64,000 nucleotides of DNA from an uncultured Atopobium sp. (GTDB taxonomy: Bacteria > Actinomycetota > Coriobacteriia > Coriobacteriales > Atopobiaceae), in NCBI GenBank assembly GCA_902485095.1, contig CABTJC010000011.1, positions 197,564 to 261,563 of the forward strand. The letters run 5' to 3'. Below, in pieces: positions 1 to 10,084 of this stretch; position 1 is the first letter of the stretch, and every line of letters starts with the position of its first letter. Both the position numbers and the translations under genes were made by a program. The notes beneath the pieces were generated by a model. The model saw nothing but the letters and a program-made list of their open reading frames with translations. It did not search any database and was not told where the DNA came from.

Positions 1-2
1 CA

Positions 3-386
3 ATCAATATTATTGTTATTCTTGCTGTTGTAGCGCTTTGCGGTTTTGCGGTTTATCGTGTTTACGGAATTGCCGCAGGTAAAAAAGGCTGCTGCTCTGA
101 TGAGGGAACAGGCGTTACTACCTGTAACACAGAGCAGGTTTCTGCTGCAGATGGTCCAGAAGACAAAGATGAATCTCATTACCCTTATGTTCAAACATTT
201 GAGATTGGTGGTATGACTTGCCAGAACTGCGTCAATCATGTGACTCGAGCTCTCGATAGTATTGAGGGAACATGGGCGCAGGTTACTCTAGCTGGTGGTC
301 AGGCACGTATCCTCAGCAAAAATCCAATTGATGTCGATGCGTACCGAGCTGCCGTAGAGAAAGAAGGCTACCGTCTTCGTGCGTAA
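3..386 (+). CDS. C-terminal part of a membrane-anchored heavy-metal-associated (HMA) domain protein, partial at window edge
   Basis: In-frame translation from position 3 gives a hydrophobic TM stretch (IVILAVVALCGFAVYRVYGIAAG), a Cys-rich GKKGCCSDEG segment and the metal-binding motif GMTCQNC of HMA domains; stop TAA at 384-386. Not in the ORF track because it has no start codon in the window. Confidence 0.55.
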   Translation: MNIIVILAVVALCGFAVYRVYGIAAGKKGCCSDEGTGVTTCNTEQVSAADGPEDKDESHYPYVQTFEIGGMTCQNCVNHVTRALDSIEGTWAQVTLAGGQARILSKNPIDVDAYRAAVEKEGYRLRA

Positions 387-641
387 GCACAACAAGATCT
401 TCTCGCAAGAAACAAACTTTGAAGAAATTTTGTAAAACTTGCGTAATAGCTGTGCAAAGTAGCGCTCTTTGGCTTGTTTAATCAGCCGAAGAGCGCTATC
501 CTATTGCCCGTATGGCGTCAAGCTATGCACTGTATCTGTTGGCCCCCGAGAGCATGTAAGTTTCCGAGTAGAGAAGCCCACGTATTGGCACTCTGGCAGC
601 AACCATGTTGACCGGGGCCCCGTTTTGGAAGGGGTCCACCT

Positions 642-1886
642 TTGAGTGAGATTCAGAACTCGTCCATCTTCTCTTTGGATGAAATTTCCGATGAGGAAAT
701 GAACAGCCTGATCGACGGCACTGTCACCGATTTTGATGAGGGAGATCTTGTCAACGGCACCGTCGTCAAGATTGAGCGCGATGAGGTCCTCGTAGACATT
801 GGCTACAAGTCTGAGGGCGTTATTCCTGCTCGTGAGCTTTCTATTCGTAAAGACGTTAACCCTGCAGAGGTCATCTCCCTGGGTGAGGACGTCGAGGCTC
901 TTGTTCTCCAGAAAGAGGACAAAGAGGGCCGTCTGGTTCTCTCCAAGAAGCGTGCTGAGTACGAGCGTGCTTGGAAGGCAGTTGAGGATAAGTTCAGCGC
1001 TGGTGAGACCGTTGAGGGCGAGGTTATCGAGGTTGTTAAGGGCGGCCTGATTCTTGACATTGGCCTCCGTGGCTTCCTGCCTGCATCCCTTGTTGACCTC
1101 CGTCGTGTCAAGGATCTTGGTGCATTCATGGGCACTCGTATTGAGGCTCGTGTTATCGAGATGGATCGCAACCGCAACAACGTTGTTCTTTCTCGCCGTA
1201 TTGTTCTTGAGGAGGCTCGTAAGGCAGAGCGTCAGGACATCCTGGGCAAGCTCCAGGTTGGCATGAAGCTCAAGGGTACTGTTTCCTCCATCGTTGAGTT
1301 TGGTGCATTTGTTGACCTTGGCGGCATTGACGGCCTGGTTCACATTTCCGAGCTTTCTTGGAACCACGTTAATCACCCATCTGAGGTTGTTAAGGTTGGC
1401 CAGGAGGTTGAGGTTCAGGTTCTCGACGTTGACCTTAACCGTGAGCGTATCTCCCTTGGTCTTAAGCAGACTTCCGAGGATCCATGGCGTGTACTTGTTT
1501 CCAAGTACCCAGTTGACGCTATCATCGAGGGCACTGTCACCAAGCTTGTTACCTTCGGTGCATTTGTTGACCTTGGCAACGGCGTTGAAGGCCTCGTTCA
1601 CATCTCCGAGATGGCTAAGCAGCACGTCACCGCTCCATCTCAGGTCTGCAAGGTTGGCGACGTTGTACAGGTAAAGGTCATGGAGATTGATCTTGACCGT
1701 CGTCGCATCTCCCTGTCTATGAAGGCAGCTGCAGAGACCCTTGGCATTGACATTGAGGTCACTCCACTTCCAGAGGAGGAGCGTGCAGCAGCAGAGGCAG
1801 CAGCAGCTGAGGCTGAGGCTGATCTTGAGGCTCACCTTGTTGAGTCTGAGGCTAACGCACAGGCAACCGAAGAGGCAGCAGAGTAG
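642..1886 (+). CDS. rpsA: 30S ribosomal protein S1
   Basis: 414 aa with four tandem S1 RNA-binding repeats (GTVVKIERDEVLVDIGYKSEGVIP, GLVHISEL, GLVHISEM) and an acidic Ala/Glu-rich C-terminal tail typical of actinobacterial S1; TTG start. Confidence 0.93.
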   Translation: MSEIQNSSIFSLDEISDEEMNSLIDGTVTDFDEGDLVNGTVVKIERDEVLVDIGYKSEGVIPARELSIRKDVNPAEVISLGEDVEALVLQKEDKEGRLVLSKKRAEYERAWKAVEDKFSAGETVEGEVIEVVKGGLILDIGLRGFLPASLVDLRRVKDLGAFMGTRIEARVIEMDRNRNNVVLSRRIVLEEARKAERQDILGKLQVGMKLKGTVSSIVEFGAFVDLGGIDGLVHISELSWNHVNHPSEVVKVGQEVEVQVLDVDLNRERISLGLKQTSEDPWRVLVSKYPVDAIIEGTVTKLVTFGAFVDLGNGVEGLVHISEMAKQHVTAPSQVCKVGDVVQVKVMEIDLDRRRISLSMKAAAETLGIDIEVTPLPEEERAAAEAAAAEAEADLEAHLVESEANAQATEEAAE

Positions 1887-1914
1887 AGCACTTTGCGCAT
1901 CTAGAGATTTGTCA

Positions 1915-1947
1915 AGAGACGTCATCGAAAGATGGCGTCTCTTTTTA
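1915..1947 (+). terminator. rho-independent terminator after rpsA
   Basis: Stem AGAGACG (1915-1921) pairs with CGTCTCT (1936-1942), followed by a T-run (CTTTTTATG). Confidence 0.6.
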
Positions 1948-2034
1948 TGTAAGTAACAAATATCTCCATTCCTTCAACAGGGTGTTAATGCGAAAATATA
2001 ACGCTAAGTTTTTATTCTGAGGAGGAATACGCCT

Positions 2035-3756
2035 ATGACATCAAAGATGCAGGGCCGCAGTTTTCTTGCTGTTATGTTTGTATTTTTGGCAGCTTTAATC
2101 TTTATGCCAAATATTGCATACGCTGCAAGTAACAATTCGTTCTATAACGGCACTACTACTAACGTGTCTCCTTCTGTGAGTGCGGATGGTCTTATCGAGC
2201 GTTCTATTTACTTTACAGATGCTTCTGGCCAGACATCTAACTACGCTTATAAGGATAATGACACCACTCAGATGAACCGCTCCATTGTAGATATTGATAA
2301 GTATCAGAATCTGCAGGCAGTGGTAAAGATTACCAATATCTCTTCATCTCCAGTTTCTGTTAACGAGGTTATGCAGCTGCCACTTACTTACTATGTCAGC
2401 TCAAGCCCTAATCCTGATTTGCGTGCAACTGGATTTACCTTCTCGTCAACTAATACAGCAACTGCAATTAACCTGAACATTAGTGGACTGAACGGTGGTT
2501 CTGGCTCTCAGCCTGCAGCAAATGCTTATGCTGCATACCAGGCAGCTGGTCAGGACAATGCTGAGATGCGTTCCGTTTCTGTCTCTGGTACCCTGGCTGC
2601 TGGTGAAACCATTACACTTACCGTTCCTTTGACGCTTACCAATGGTTCTACTCTTAATTTGTATGGCACCAACTATGTAGGTCTTACTCAGTACCTGCTT
2701 GATCACAGAACCTCTTACGGAAACCCTCGTGTTTCAGTCAGGTTTGCAAGGCAGGTCTTGGAAGAGGGAACAAACAATTCCATTCTTAGCAGCAATAAGA
2801 AATATCTTGGCGTAATTATTAGGCCTGACGGTAGCTATTACGCTATCCCACAGGACGAGTGGAATTACATGCCAACTATTTCTGCAAGTGATATTCACGT
2901 TGACAATATCCTGTATGAAGATCGCCACAGCGCAACGGAGAATGATGCTCTGTATACCGGCGGTGCGTACTACATTGATTTGACCAACATTAAGAATGCC
3001 ATGAGGGATTATGGCTATTCAGTTCACACTGGAAATTCCAATAGAGGACTGTACCTCAATCTTCCTGGCTGGCAGCTTGCTGTTGATAATGACCTTACTG
3101 ATGATGTGTATCAGGAGTATTCGTACACTTCTCTTTCTAGCGGCAACCTTATCATCAATGCTTCTGAGAACTCAACTGATGAGCTTGATCTTAACAATGG
3201 CGTTATTACTCCTCTTTATACAGAGCTTAGGCAGGTAGTTACGGCACACGACAGCACTATTACCGCTAACCAGGATTCCTGGACTATTCTTGATAACCTT
3301 GATGCTATGGTTGATCACAGCGCTAGTCAGGTTACCCCTGCTGCTGGTTCTGCTGACGCTCGCGTTAAGGTTGTTGATCAGAGCGGTACAGTTGTACTTG
3401 ATACAGCAACCATGGATGCAGCAACTGTTGCTCAAAAGGCAGAAGAGATTTCTAAGACTCCTGGCGCATACTCCGTTACGTATTACTATTACTTCAACGG
3501 TAATGCTGCAGCTGCAGGCAATGACTACGAGGCAGCAAAGACGGTTACCCTAACTGTTGAGTCTGATACTCCAACTCCAACACCAACTCCAGCTCCAGAA
3601 GAGCCTTCCAATCCTGCTTCTCCTGTAAAAGAGAAGAAGACAAAGAAGAAGAAAGCACAGCTTCCAAATACGGGTGAAGAGCTTCTGGTAATGCCTCTTA
3701 TGGTTATGGGTGCATCTGCTTTGACAGCCGCTGGACTTATGAAGCGTAAGCACTAA
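2035..3756 (+). CDS. Sortase-anchored (LPXTG) cell-wall surface protein, function unknown
   Basis: N-terminal signal peptide (MTSKMQGRSFLAVMFVFLAALIFMPNIAYAASN). A (TP)n/PAPEEPSNP linker and a Lys-rich stretch precede LPNTGEE, a hydrophobic segment and the positively charged tail RKH. Lower GC (~43%) than neighbours. Confidence 0.85.
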   Translation: MTSKMQGRSFLAVMFVFLAALIFMPNIAYAASNNSFYNGTTTNVSPSVSADGLIERSIYFTDASGQTSNYAYKDNDTTQMNRSIVDIDKYQNLQAVVKITNISSSPVSVNEVMQLPLTYYVSSSPNPDLRATGFTFSSTNTATAINLNISGLNGGSGSQPAANAYAAYQAAGQDNAEMRSVSVSGTLAAGETITLTVPLTLTNGSTLNLYGTNYVGLTQYLLDHRTSYGNPRVSVRFARQVLEEGTNNSILSSNKKYLGVIIRPDGSYYAIPQDEWNYMPTISASDIHVDNILYEDRHSATENDALYTGGAYYIDLTNIKNAMRDYGYSVHTGNSNRGLYLNLPGWQLAVDNDLTDDVYQEYSYTSLSSGNLIINASENSTDELDLNNGVITPLYTELRQVVTAHDSTITANQDSWTILDNLDAMVDHSASQVTPAAGSADARVKVVDQSGTVVLDTATMDAATVAQKAEEISKTPGAYSVTYYYYFNGNAAAAGNDYEAAKTVTLTVESDTPTPTPTPAPEEPSNPASPVKEKKTKKKKAQLPNTGEELLVMPLMVMGASALTAAGLMKRKH

Positions 3757-3789
3757 GACAGAGAGTTCTTCTCGTTACATGCATTTGTA

Positions 3790-3826
3790 TTGGCAGGTAT
3801 CTCTTTAGTACCTGCCAATATTTTTA
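3790..3826 (+). terminator. rho-independent terminator after the LPXTG gene
   Basis: TTGGCAGGTA (3790-3799) pairs with TACCTGCCAA (3809-3818) across a 9-nt loop, followed by TATTTTTAT. Confidence 0.7.
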
Positions 3827-4067
3827 TGGAAAAATGGACAACTGTCCAAAAATGCTTAGTCAATTTTTATGTTTCAATATAGGTAATTCCTATATGGTTA
3901 GACAAAAAGTGCAGGTAAATAGATTTTGCTGTTATCGTCGCAATTTAATGTTTCATGTCTATTTCATCCTAGGTATATATAGGTAGATGCTGGTAATTGT
4001 TTTGTATAGTTATCTGACCCCAGCAGGGTTGTCTTATAAATCGTTTTAATAAGAAAGAAGGGTTAAC

Positions 4068-5714
4068 ATGCTGGAGAACTCACTAAGCCGTCGTAATTTT
4101 TTGAAGGCATCAGGTATGGTAGCGGCTGGTGGTGGCGCATCTATGATGCTGGCTGGCTGCAATCCTTCCTCCACTGATACTCCTCAGGCATCTGACAAGA
4201 AGAAGATTCTTCGCTACGGCTCCGCAAATTCTAAGCAGGGCCTTGATATGCAGCGTGCAAACAACTCCCAGTCCGCATGTGTTGCAGACTCTGTTTGCGA
4301 GTCTTTGCTCCGTTGGACTGAGGATAATGAGCTTGTCACATGTCTGCTTAAAGAGATTCCAACCTTTGAGTCTGACGGTCTTACTCTTAAGTGCGAGCTC
4401 AAAGAGGGCATTAAGTTCCACGACGGTACTACTTTGACCGCAAAGGATGTTAAGTACACCTTTGAGCGTATGTTTAAGCCAGAAACTAAGGCTCTCTCCA
4501 CTAGCTTCTTTGACAAGATTAAGGGTGCTCCAGAGATGCTTGCCGGTAAGGCAACTGAGCTTGAGGGCCTGACTGTTCAGGATGATACTCACTTCACCTT
4601 TACACTTTCTGAGCCTTACATTGTCTTTGTAAGCGTTCTTGGTATCTCCTATGCTTGCATTTTCCCAGAGAAGGCTTGTGAGGCTGCTGGCGCTAATTGG
4701 GGTACTGGTACTAACCTCATTGGTACTGGTAAGTACAAGATTAAGAGCAATGATGACACCACTGAGGTAGTTCTCGAGCGCTTCGATGACTATCACGATG
4801 GCAAGCCTGCACTGGATGAGATTCGTATTCACTACTACGATGACACCAACACTCAGCTGCTTGCATTCAAGAACAACGACATTGACTTCTGCGACCTTCC
4901 ATCTTCTCTGTACCAGCAGTATTCAAGCGATGCTGACGTTAAGGACCTCATTACCGCATATCAGACCCTTGGCGTTAACTTCATCAACCTTAACCTCAAA
5001 GAGGGTCTGGGTCTGACTGATCCTAAGGTTCGTCAGGCACTTTCTCTGGCAATCAACCGTCAGGAGCTTGTTGACAACATTGCTTCCGGTAACGGTACCG
5101 TTGCAAGTGGTTGGCTTGCTCCTGCAACACCTGGTTACGACAAGAGCGCAGCTGCATTTGCATACGATCCAGAGAAGGCTAAGTCTCTACTTGCTGAGGC
5201 TGGTGCATCTGACCTTAAGCTTTCTGCAAAGGTTAGAAAGTCTTACGAAAAACTCCTTGTTGCTGTTCAGGAGTACTGGAGCAAGGTTGGCGTTACCCTT
5301 GATGTTCAGGTAGAGGACAACGCAGTCTGGAATACTGACTGGGCTGCTGGTAACCTCCAGATTACTACCCTTGCTTGGTATCCACTGTTTGCCGATGGTG
5401 ACCAGCACCTGTACACCTACTTCTACAGCACTAACGCTGCAAAGAAGTCTTCCTTCTATAACAACCCAGAGTTTGACAAGCTCCTTGTTGAGGGTCGCTC
5501 TGAGTCTAACAAGGATAAGAGAACAGAGGATTACAAGGACGCAGATAACCTGCTGACTCGTACAGACTTTGCAACACTTCCTCTGTACTGGCCAAAGAAC
5601 TCCTTTGTCGCTAAGAAGTACGTCAAGAACGCTAAGGTTGGAAACTTGATCTATCACTTCTTTGATATTGATATTGATACATCAAATTCCGATTACACCG
5701 TTCCAGAGGACTAA
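4068..5714 (+). CDS. ABC transporter substrate-binding lipoprotein, family 5 (oligopeptide/dipeptide OppA/DppA-like)
   Basis: Twin-arginine signal RRNFLK followed by lipobox LAGC; 548 aa with family-5 SBP architecture; first gene of a five-gene operon with two permeases and two ATPases. Confidence 0.88.
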   Translation: MLENSLSRRNFLKASGMVAAGGGASMMLAGCNPSSTDTPQASDKKKILRYGSANSKQGLDMQRANNSQSACVADSVCESLLRWTEDNELVTCLLKEIPTFESDGLTLKCELKEGIKFHDGTTLTAKDVKYTFERMFKPETKALSTSFFDKIKGAPEMLAGKATELEGLTVQDDTHFTFTLSEPYIVFVSVLGISYACIFPEKACEAAGANWGTGTNLIGTGKYKIKSNDDTTEVVLERFDDYHDGKPALDEIRIHYYDDTNTQLLAFKNNDIDFCDLPSSLYQQYSSDADVKDLITAYQTLGVNFINLNLKEGLGLTDPKVRQALSLAINRQELVDNIASGNGTVASGWLAPATPGYDKSAAAFAYDPEKAKSLLAEAGASDLKLSAKVRKSYEKLLVAVQEYWSKVGVTLDVQVEDNAVWNTDWAAGNLQITTLAWYPLFADGDQHLYTYFYSTNAAKKSSFYNNPEFDKLLVEGRSESNKDKRTEDYKDADNLLTRTDFATLPLYWPKNSFVAKKYVKNAKVGNLIYHFFDIDIDTSNSDYTVPED

Positions 5715-5798
5715 GTAGCAAACTTGCTATAAACTTTAAAGCGGCATCTAAGATTCTTGGATGCCGCTTCATTTTCTTGAGGGGAGAGGAGCTCAGGA

Positions 5799-6734
5799 GT
5801 GAGATCGTTTCTAATCAAACGAATCCTTCAAGCAGTGAGCGTTGTAGTTTGCATTTCTGCTTTAACGTTTTTTGTCTTGAACATTGTCCCAGGTGACCCA
5901 GTACGAGTCATGATGGGCGATATGGCTGATGAAGCTACGGTTCAGCAGGTCCGTCACACCATGGGTCTTGATAAGCCAATTCCAGAGCAGTATGCAAACT
6001 GGTTTGTAAAAATGCTTGGCGGAGATTTTGGAACTTCTTACACTCAAAAGCGACCTGTCATTGCACTTCTGACTAAGGCTTTGGGAGTTACGCTACGCTT
6101 AGCAGTGTTTGCGTATCTTTTTGCCATAGTATTTGGTCTTTTGATGGGTATTCTCGCCGCAGTAAACCATGGAAAATGGCTTGATAGAACACTTATGTCA
6201 GCTGCAATCTTTGGTATTTCTGCCCCTTCATTCTGGGTGGCATTAGTACTGCAGATTATTTTTGCTATGACGCTTAAGTGGTTCCCGCTATCAGGCGTTA
6301 AAACACCATCCGCCTACGTTCTTCCTGTTATTGCGCTGGGTTCTCGTTATGCAGCAAGTATTGCTCGTGTTACCAGGACTAGCATGCTGGACGTATTAAA
6401 TCAGGACTACATTAGAACCGCTGAAGCTAAGGGCTTAAAGCGCTCCGCTATTGTTTTGAAGCACGCGCTCAGAAATGCTCTTATCCCAATTATTACCATT
6501 GCTGGATCTCAGCTGGGAGACATCCTTACTGGTTCCATCATCATTGAACAGATCTTCAACATGAACGGTATGGGTAAGCTGCTTATCGATGCAATTAATG
6601 CTCGTGACCTGCCGCTGATTCAAGGTAGCGTCATGTACGTGGCAATTATCTGCGTTGTTATCTATCTGCTTGTTGATATTTTGTACGCAGTGGTTGATCC
6701 ACGCATTCGTCTTGGAGAGGAGGCATCAGAGTAA
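5799..6734 (+). CDS. ABC transporter permease (OppB/DppB-like)
   Basis: 311 aa, six predicted TM segments, conserved permease loop motif (YIRTAEAKGL). Confidence 0.88.
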   Translation: MRSFLIKRILQAVSVVVCISALTFFVLNIVPGDPVRVMMGDMADEATVQQVRHTMGLDKPIPEQYANWFVKMLGGDFGTSYTQKRPVIALLTKALGVTLRLAVFAYLFAIVFGLLMGILAAVNHGKWLDRTLMSAAIFGISAPSFWVALVLQIIFAMTLKWFPLSGVKTPSAYVLPVIALGSRYAASIARVTRTSMLDVLNQDYIRTAEAKGLKRSAIVLKHALRNALIPIITIAGSQLGDILTGSIIIEQIFNMNGMGKLLIDAINARDLPLIQGSVMYVAIICVVIYLLVDILYAVVDPRIRLGEEASE

Positions 6735-7690
6735 TGGCTTTGTTTACAAGCGATAAAAATAGCGAGAAGGTCCAAAAGACCGAAGCTGTACTTGAAGATG
6801 CCGCCAAGGCTCAAGAAGCAGAACAGGCTGCCACGGGAAAAGTCCGTGCGCAGAGCTATTGGCAGGTTAGCTGGAACATCTTTAAGAAAAATAAACTGGG
6901 CATGATTTGCTTGGGCATTGTTTTGGCGCTGGTAATTATTGCAATTCTTGCTCCTGTTCTTGCTCCCTATGGCTACAAAGATCAAAACCTTTCAATTCAG
7001 AATCAGAATCCAACATTTGCACATCTGCTTGGCACTGATGAATACGGCCGAGACATTCTTTCTCGTATTATTTACGGCTGCCAGATTTCTCTTTCTGTTG
7101 GTATTATTTCGCAGGCAATTGCCCTGTTTATCGGCTTTGTAGCAGGAGTTGCAGCAGGATATTATGGTCGCTGGGTTGATGCAGTTGTGTCTTTTATCAT
7201 CCAGGTTTTCTCCAGCTTCCCATTCTTGCTCTTTGCAATTTTGATTATGTTTGTTATGGGTCCAGGTCTCATTAACCTCTATATTGCATTGGGTCTTTTG
7301 ATGTGGACTACCACCGCAAGGCTGATTCGTGGCGATGTCATGCGCCTGAAGAATTCTGAATACATTCAGTCTTGTATTCTGTCTGGCGGTAATAGCTTCC
7401 GCATCATCATGAAACATCTCTTGCCTAACTGTATGTCAACGCTGATTGTTGTTTCTACCTTGGGCATTCCAAGCGCAATTCTTTCGGAGGCAACACTTTC
7501 GTTCTTGGGACTAGGCGTTCAGCCACCTGAGGCAAGTTGGGGCCAAATGATTGCAGCATCTCAGCCATACCTTGCATCACAGCCTCTCTACAGTATTGCC
7601 CCAGGTATTGTCATCATCATTACAGTTATGTCTTTCAACTTGCTTGGCGACGCCCTTCGCGACGCCCTTGATCCAAAGATGCGTTCTTAG
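6734..7690 (+). CDS. ABC transporter permease (OppC/DppC-like)
   Basis: 318 aa polytopic membrane protein with N-terminal cytoplasmic extension; ATG overlaps the upstream stop (TAATG). Confidence 0.88.
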   Translation: MALFTSDKNSEKVQKTEAVLEDAAKAQEAEQAATGKVRAQSYWQVSWNIFKKNKLGMICLGIVLALVIIAILAPVLAPYGYKDQNLSIQNQNPTFAHLLGTDEYGRDILSRIIYGCQISLSVGIISQAIALFIGFVAGVAAGYYGRWVDAVVSFIIQVFSSFPFLLFAILIMFVMGPGLINLYIALGLLMWTTTARLIRGDVMRLKNSEYIQSCILSGGNSFRIIMKHLLPNCMSTLIVVSTLGIPSAILSEATLSFLGLGVQPPEASWGQMIAASQPYLASQPLYSIAPGIVIIITVMSFNLLGDALRDALDPKMRS

Positions 7691-7706
7691 AAAGGAGGTT
7701 ACGTTT

Positions 7707-8873
7707 ATGGCAGAAAAAACAGATGCTCTTGCACAAGAGAGTGATCAGACAAAAGAAACCAAAGATGCATTATTTGAGCACGTCATTGAGGGTCCAAACG
7801 GTCAGTCTGTGCAATTTTGCAGTCTTGAGGAGCGCAAGCTTGCGCAAGAAACCGCTCAAAAGGAGCGAGAAGAGCAGTGCAAAAAGAACGTTCTTCTCGA
7901 CGTGAATCATCTTGATGTCACGCTTTTTACCGAAGATGGCGCACTTCCTGCAGTAAGTGACCTCTCGTTTATCATGCGAAAAGGTGAGACTCTTGCAGTA
8001 GTAGGAGAGTCTGGCTGCGGTAAGTCCATGACGGCATTGTCGGTCATGGGACTGCTTCCCACACCTCCTGCACAAATTACTGGCGGAGAGATTATTTTTG
8101 AGGGAACTGATTTAACTCAGCTTCCTCGTGGTGGCATGCGTGACTTCCGCGGTAATCGCATTGGCATGATTTTCCAGGAGCCTATGACCTCCTTGAACCC
8201 TGTTATGAAATCTGGCCTTCAGATTCGTGAGGGCATCCTTGTTCATAATCCCAACATGAGCAAACAGGAGGCAGATCAGAAGGCACTTGATATGATCAAA
8301 CTGGTGGGTATTCCTGCACCAGAGAAGGTCTTCTCGTCATATCCACATGAGCTTTCTGGTGGCATGCGCCAGCGTGTCATGATTGCTATGGCACTAGCTT
8401 GCCAGCCATCGCTTCTTATCTGCGACGAGCCAACAACTGCTTTGGACGTAACGGTTCAGGCACAGATTCTGCAGATCATTGACCGCATGAAGCAAGACCT
8501 GGGTACCGCCGTCATGCTGATTACGCATGACATGGGCGTTGTTTCCGAGATGGCTGACTGGGTTCTTGTTATGTATGCTGGTCATCGCGTTGAGTATGCG
8601 CAGTCTGCAGAGCTCTTTACTAACCCTCTGCATCCTTATGCTCAGGGCCTGATTGCATCTATTCCATCGTTTGACGAGCGCACCAAGGAACTCTATGCAA
8701 TTCCTGGTAGCGTTCCTATGCTTTCTCACATGCTTTCTGGCTGCCCGTTCCATCCACGTTGTCCGTTTGCTAAGGACATTTGTAAGAATCGTCGTCCTGG
8801 CTTGACTGCTGTTGGTGAAGACAATTGCCATACTGTCAGCTGTTGGAAATACACTGATGAGTGGGGTGTGTAG
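7707..8873 (+). CDS. ABC transporter ATP-binding protein (OppD/DppD-like)
   Basis: Walker A GESGCGKS, signature LSGGMRQR, Walker B LLICDEPTTALD, C-terminal oligopeptide-transporter extension. The in-frame ATG at 7707 preceded by AAAGGAGG is preferred over the track start at 7551, which overlaps the permease. Confidence 0.85.
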   Translation: MAEKTDALAQESDQTKETKDALFEHVIEGPNGQSVQFCSLEERKLAQETAQKEREEQCKKNVLLDVNHLDVTLFTEDGALPAVSDLSFIMRKGETLAVVGESGCGKSMTALSVMGLLPTPPAQITGGEIIFEGTDLTQLPRGGMRDFRGNRIGMIFQEPMTSLNPVMKSGLQIREGILVHNPNMSKQEADQKALDMIKLVGIPAPEKVFSSYPHELSGGMRQRVMIAMALACQPSLLICDEPTTALDVTVQAQILQIIDRMKQDLGTAVMLITHDMGVVSEMADWVLVMYAGHRVEYAQSAELFTNPLHPYAQGLIASIPSFDERTKELYAIPGSVPMLSHMLSGCPFHPRCPFAKDICKNRRPGLTAVGEDNCHTVSCWKYTDEWGV

Positions 8874-8875
8874 TC

Positions 8876-9988
8876 ATGGCAGAAGAGAAAAACACAGACG
8901 TCAAGGACCTTTCTGGCGAGAAAACCATCTTGTCCGTAAAGAACTTGGTTAAGCGATTCCCCATCAAAAACGGTGTATTTGGTCGTTCTAATGCTTCCGT
9001 TCATGCTGTTGAGGATGTTTCTTTTGAGCTCAGGCGCAAAGAGACCCTGGCCATTGTTGGTGAGTCTGGCTGCGGAAAGTCTACAACAGGCAAGTGCGTA
9101 CTGCGTCTCACCGAGCCAACCTCTGGTACGGTTGAGCTTGATGGGGAAGATTTCACCTCACTTAAGGGAGAAGATCTTAAGCGTGCTCGTCAGAAGATGA
9201 AGCTTATCTTCCAGGATCCTTACAGCTCACTGAACCCTCGTATGACGGTCATGGATATCATTGGTGAGCCTATTGATATTGCAGGCACCTATAAGACTAA
9301 GGCAGAGCGTGATGCTCGCATTGAAGAGGTTATGGAGGAAGTTGGCCTTAACCTTGAGTTCAAGTACCGCTACCCTCATGAGTTTTCGGGCGGTCAGCGC
9401 CAGCGTATTGGCATTGCTCGCGCTATTGTGCTTGAGCCAGAAATTGTTGTCTGCGACGAGCCTGTTTCTGCTTTGGACGTTTCTGTTCAGGCCAAGGTAA
9501 TCAACTTGCTTGAAGAGCTTCAGAAGGACCACGGTCTGGCATACATCTTTATTAGCCATGACCTTTCCGTTGTTCGCCACATTGCAGATACTGTTATGGT
9601 CATGTATCTGGGTCACCAGATGGAGTTTGCTACTAAAGACGCCCTCTTTGAGCGCCCACTGCACCCATATACTCAGGCACTTTTGGACGTTATTCCTCGT
9701 ATTCGCCACGAGCGTATCCAGGAAAAGCGCATTCTTCAAGGTGACGTTCCAAGTCCTGCTAATCCACCTTCAGGTTGCGTATTCCACACGCGTTGCCCTA
9801 AGGCAATGAAGGTTTGCTCTGAGCGCGTTCCTGATCGCATTGAGGCTGAGCCAGGTCACTTCTGCGCCTGCCACCTGTACGACACATCACTCTCCGACGC
9901 TGACCGTACACCACAGGTTGCACGCGCTATTGAGGCGGCTCAGAAGGCCGTAGAAGAAGCGCGCCTTGAGGAGAAGATTTCCGAGTAG
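8876..9988 (+). CDS. ABC transporter ATP-binding protein (OppF/DppF-like)
   Basis: Walker A GESGCGKST, signature FSGGQRQR, Walker B VVCDEPVSALD; the ATG at 8876 is in frame with the GTG at 8861. Confidence 0.85.
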   Translation: MAEEKNTDVKDLSGEKTILSVKNLVKRFPIKNGVFGRSNASVHAVEDVSFELRRKETLAIVGESGCGKSTTGKCVLRLTEPTSGTVELDGEDFTSLKGEDLKRARQKMKLIFQDPYSSLNPRMTVMDIIGEPIDIAGTYKTKAERDARIEEVMEEVGLNLEFKYRYPHEFSGGQRQRIGIARAIVLEPEIVVCDEPVSALDVSVQAKVINLLEELQKDHGLAYIFISHDLSVVRHIADTVMVMYLGHQMEFATKDALFERPLHPYTQALLDVIPRIRHERIQEKRILQGDVPSPANPPSGCVFHTRCPKAMKVCSERVPDRIEAEPGHFCACHLYDTSLSDADRTPQVARAIEAAQKAVEEARLEEKISE

Positions 9989-10026
9989 CGCATCTTATTG
10001 TCGTGTCTTAAAACGGCATACAAACA

Positions 10027-10072
10027 CAAAAAAGGCGAGAAGACCAATTGATCTTCTCGCCTTTGTTTTTGG
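10027..10072. terminator. bidirectional rho-independent terminator between convergent genes
   Basis: GGCGAGAAGA (10034-10043) pairs with TCTTCTCGCC (10052-10061); flanked by AAAAAA upstream and TTTGTTTTTGGG downstream, so it is T-rich on both strands. Confidence 0.75.
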
Positions 10073-10084
10073 GTGTAGGAAGCC

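Noticed and set aside
387-641. Possible rpsA promoter or terminator hairpin (AGCGCTCTT...AAGAGCGCT)
   Set aside because: The stem is interrupted by a 19-nt loop and is not followed by a T-tract; the -35/-10 hexamers are ambiguous. Left as unannotated leader sequence.
501-1925. 474-aa minus-strand ORF covering the whole rpsA region
   Set aside because: Antisense to a strongly supported ribosomal protein S1 gene; low-complexity Leu/Cys-rich translation; classic shadow ORF.
7551-7706. Upstream in-frame extensions of several genes in the ORF track (7551, 17060, 41931, 46092, 48823, 51114)
   Set aside because: Each extension overlaps the preceding gene or a hairpin and lacks an RBS. An internal start with a good Shine-Dalgarno (7707, 17156, 41982, 46146, 48874, 51171) gives canonical N-termini.
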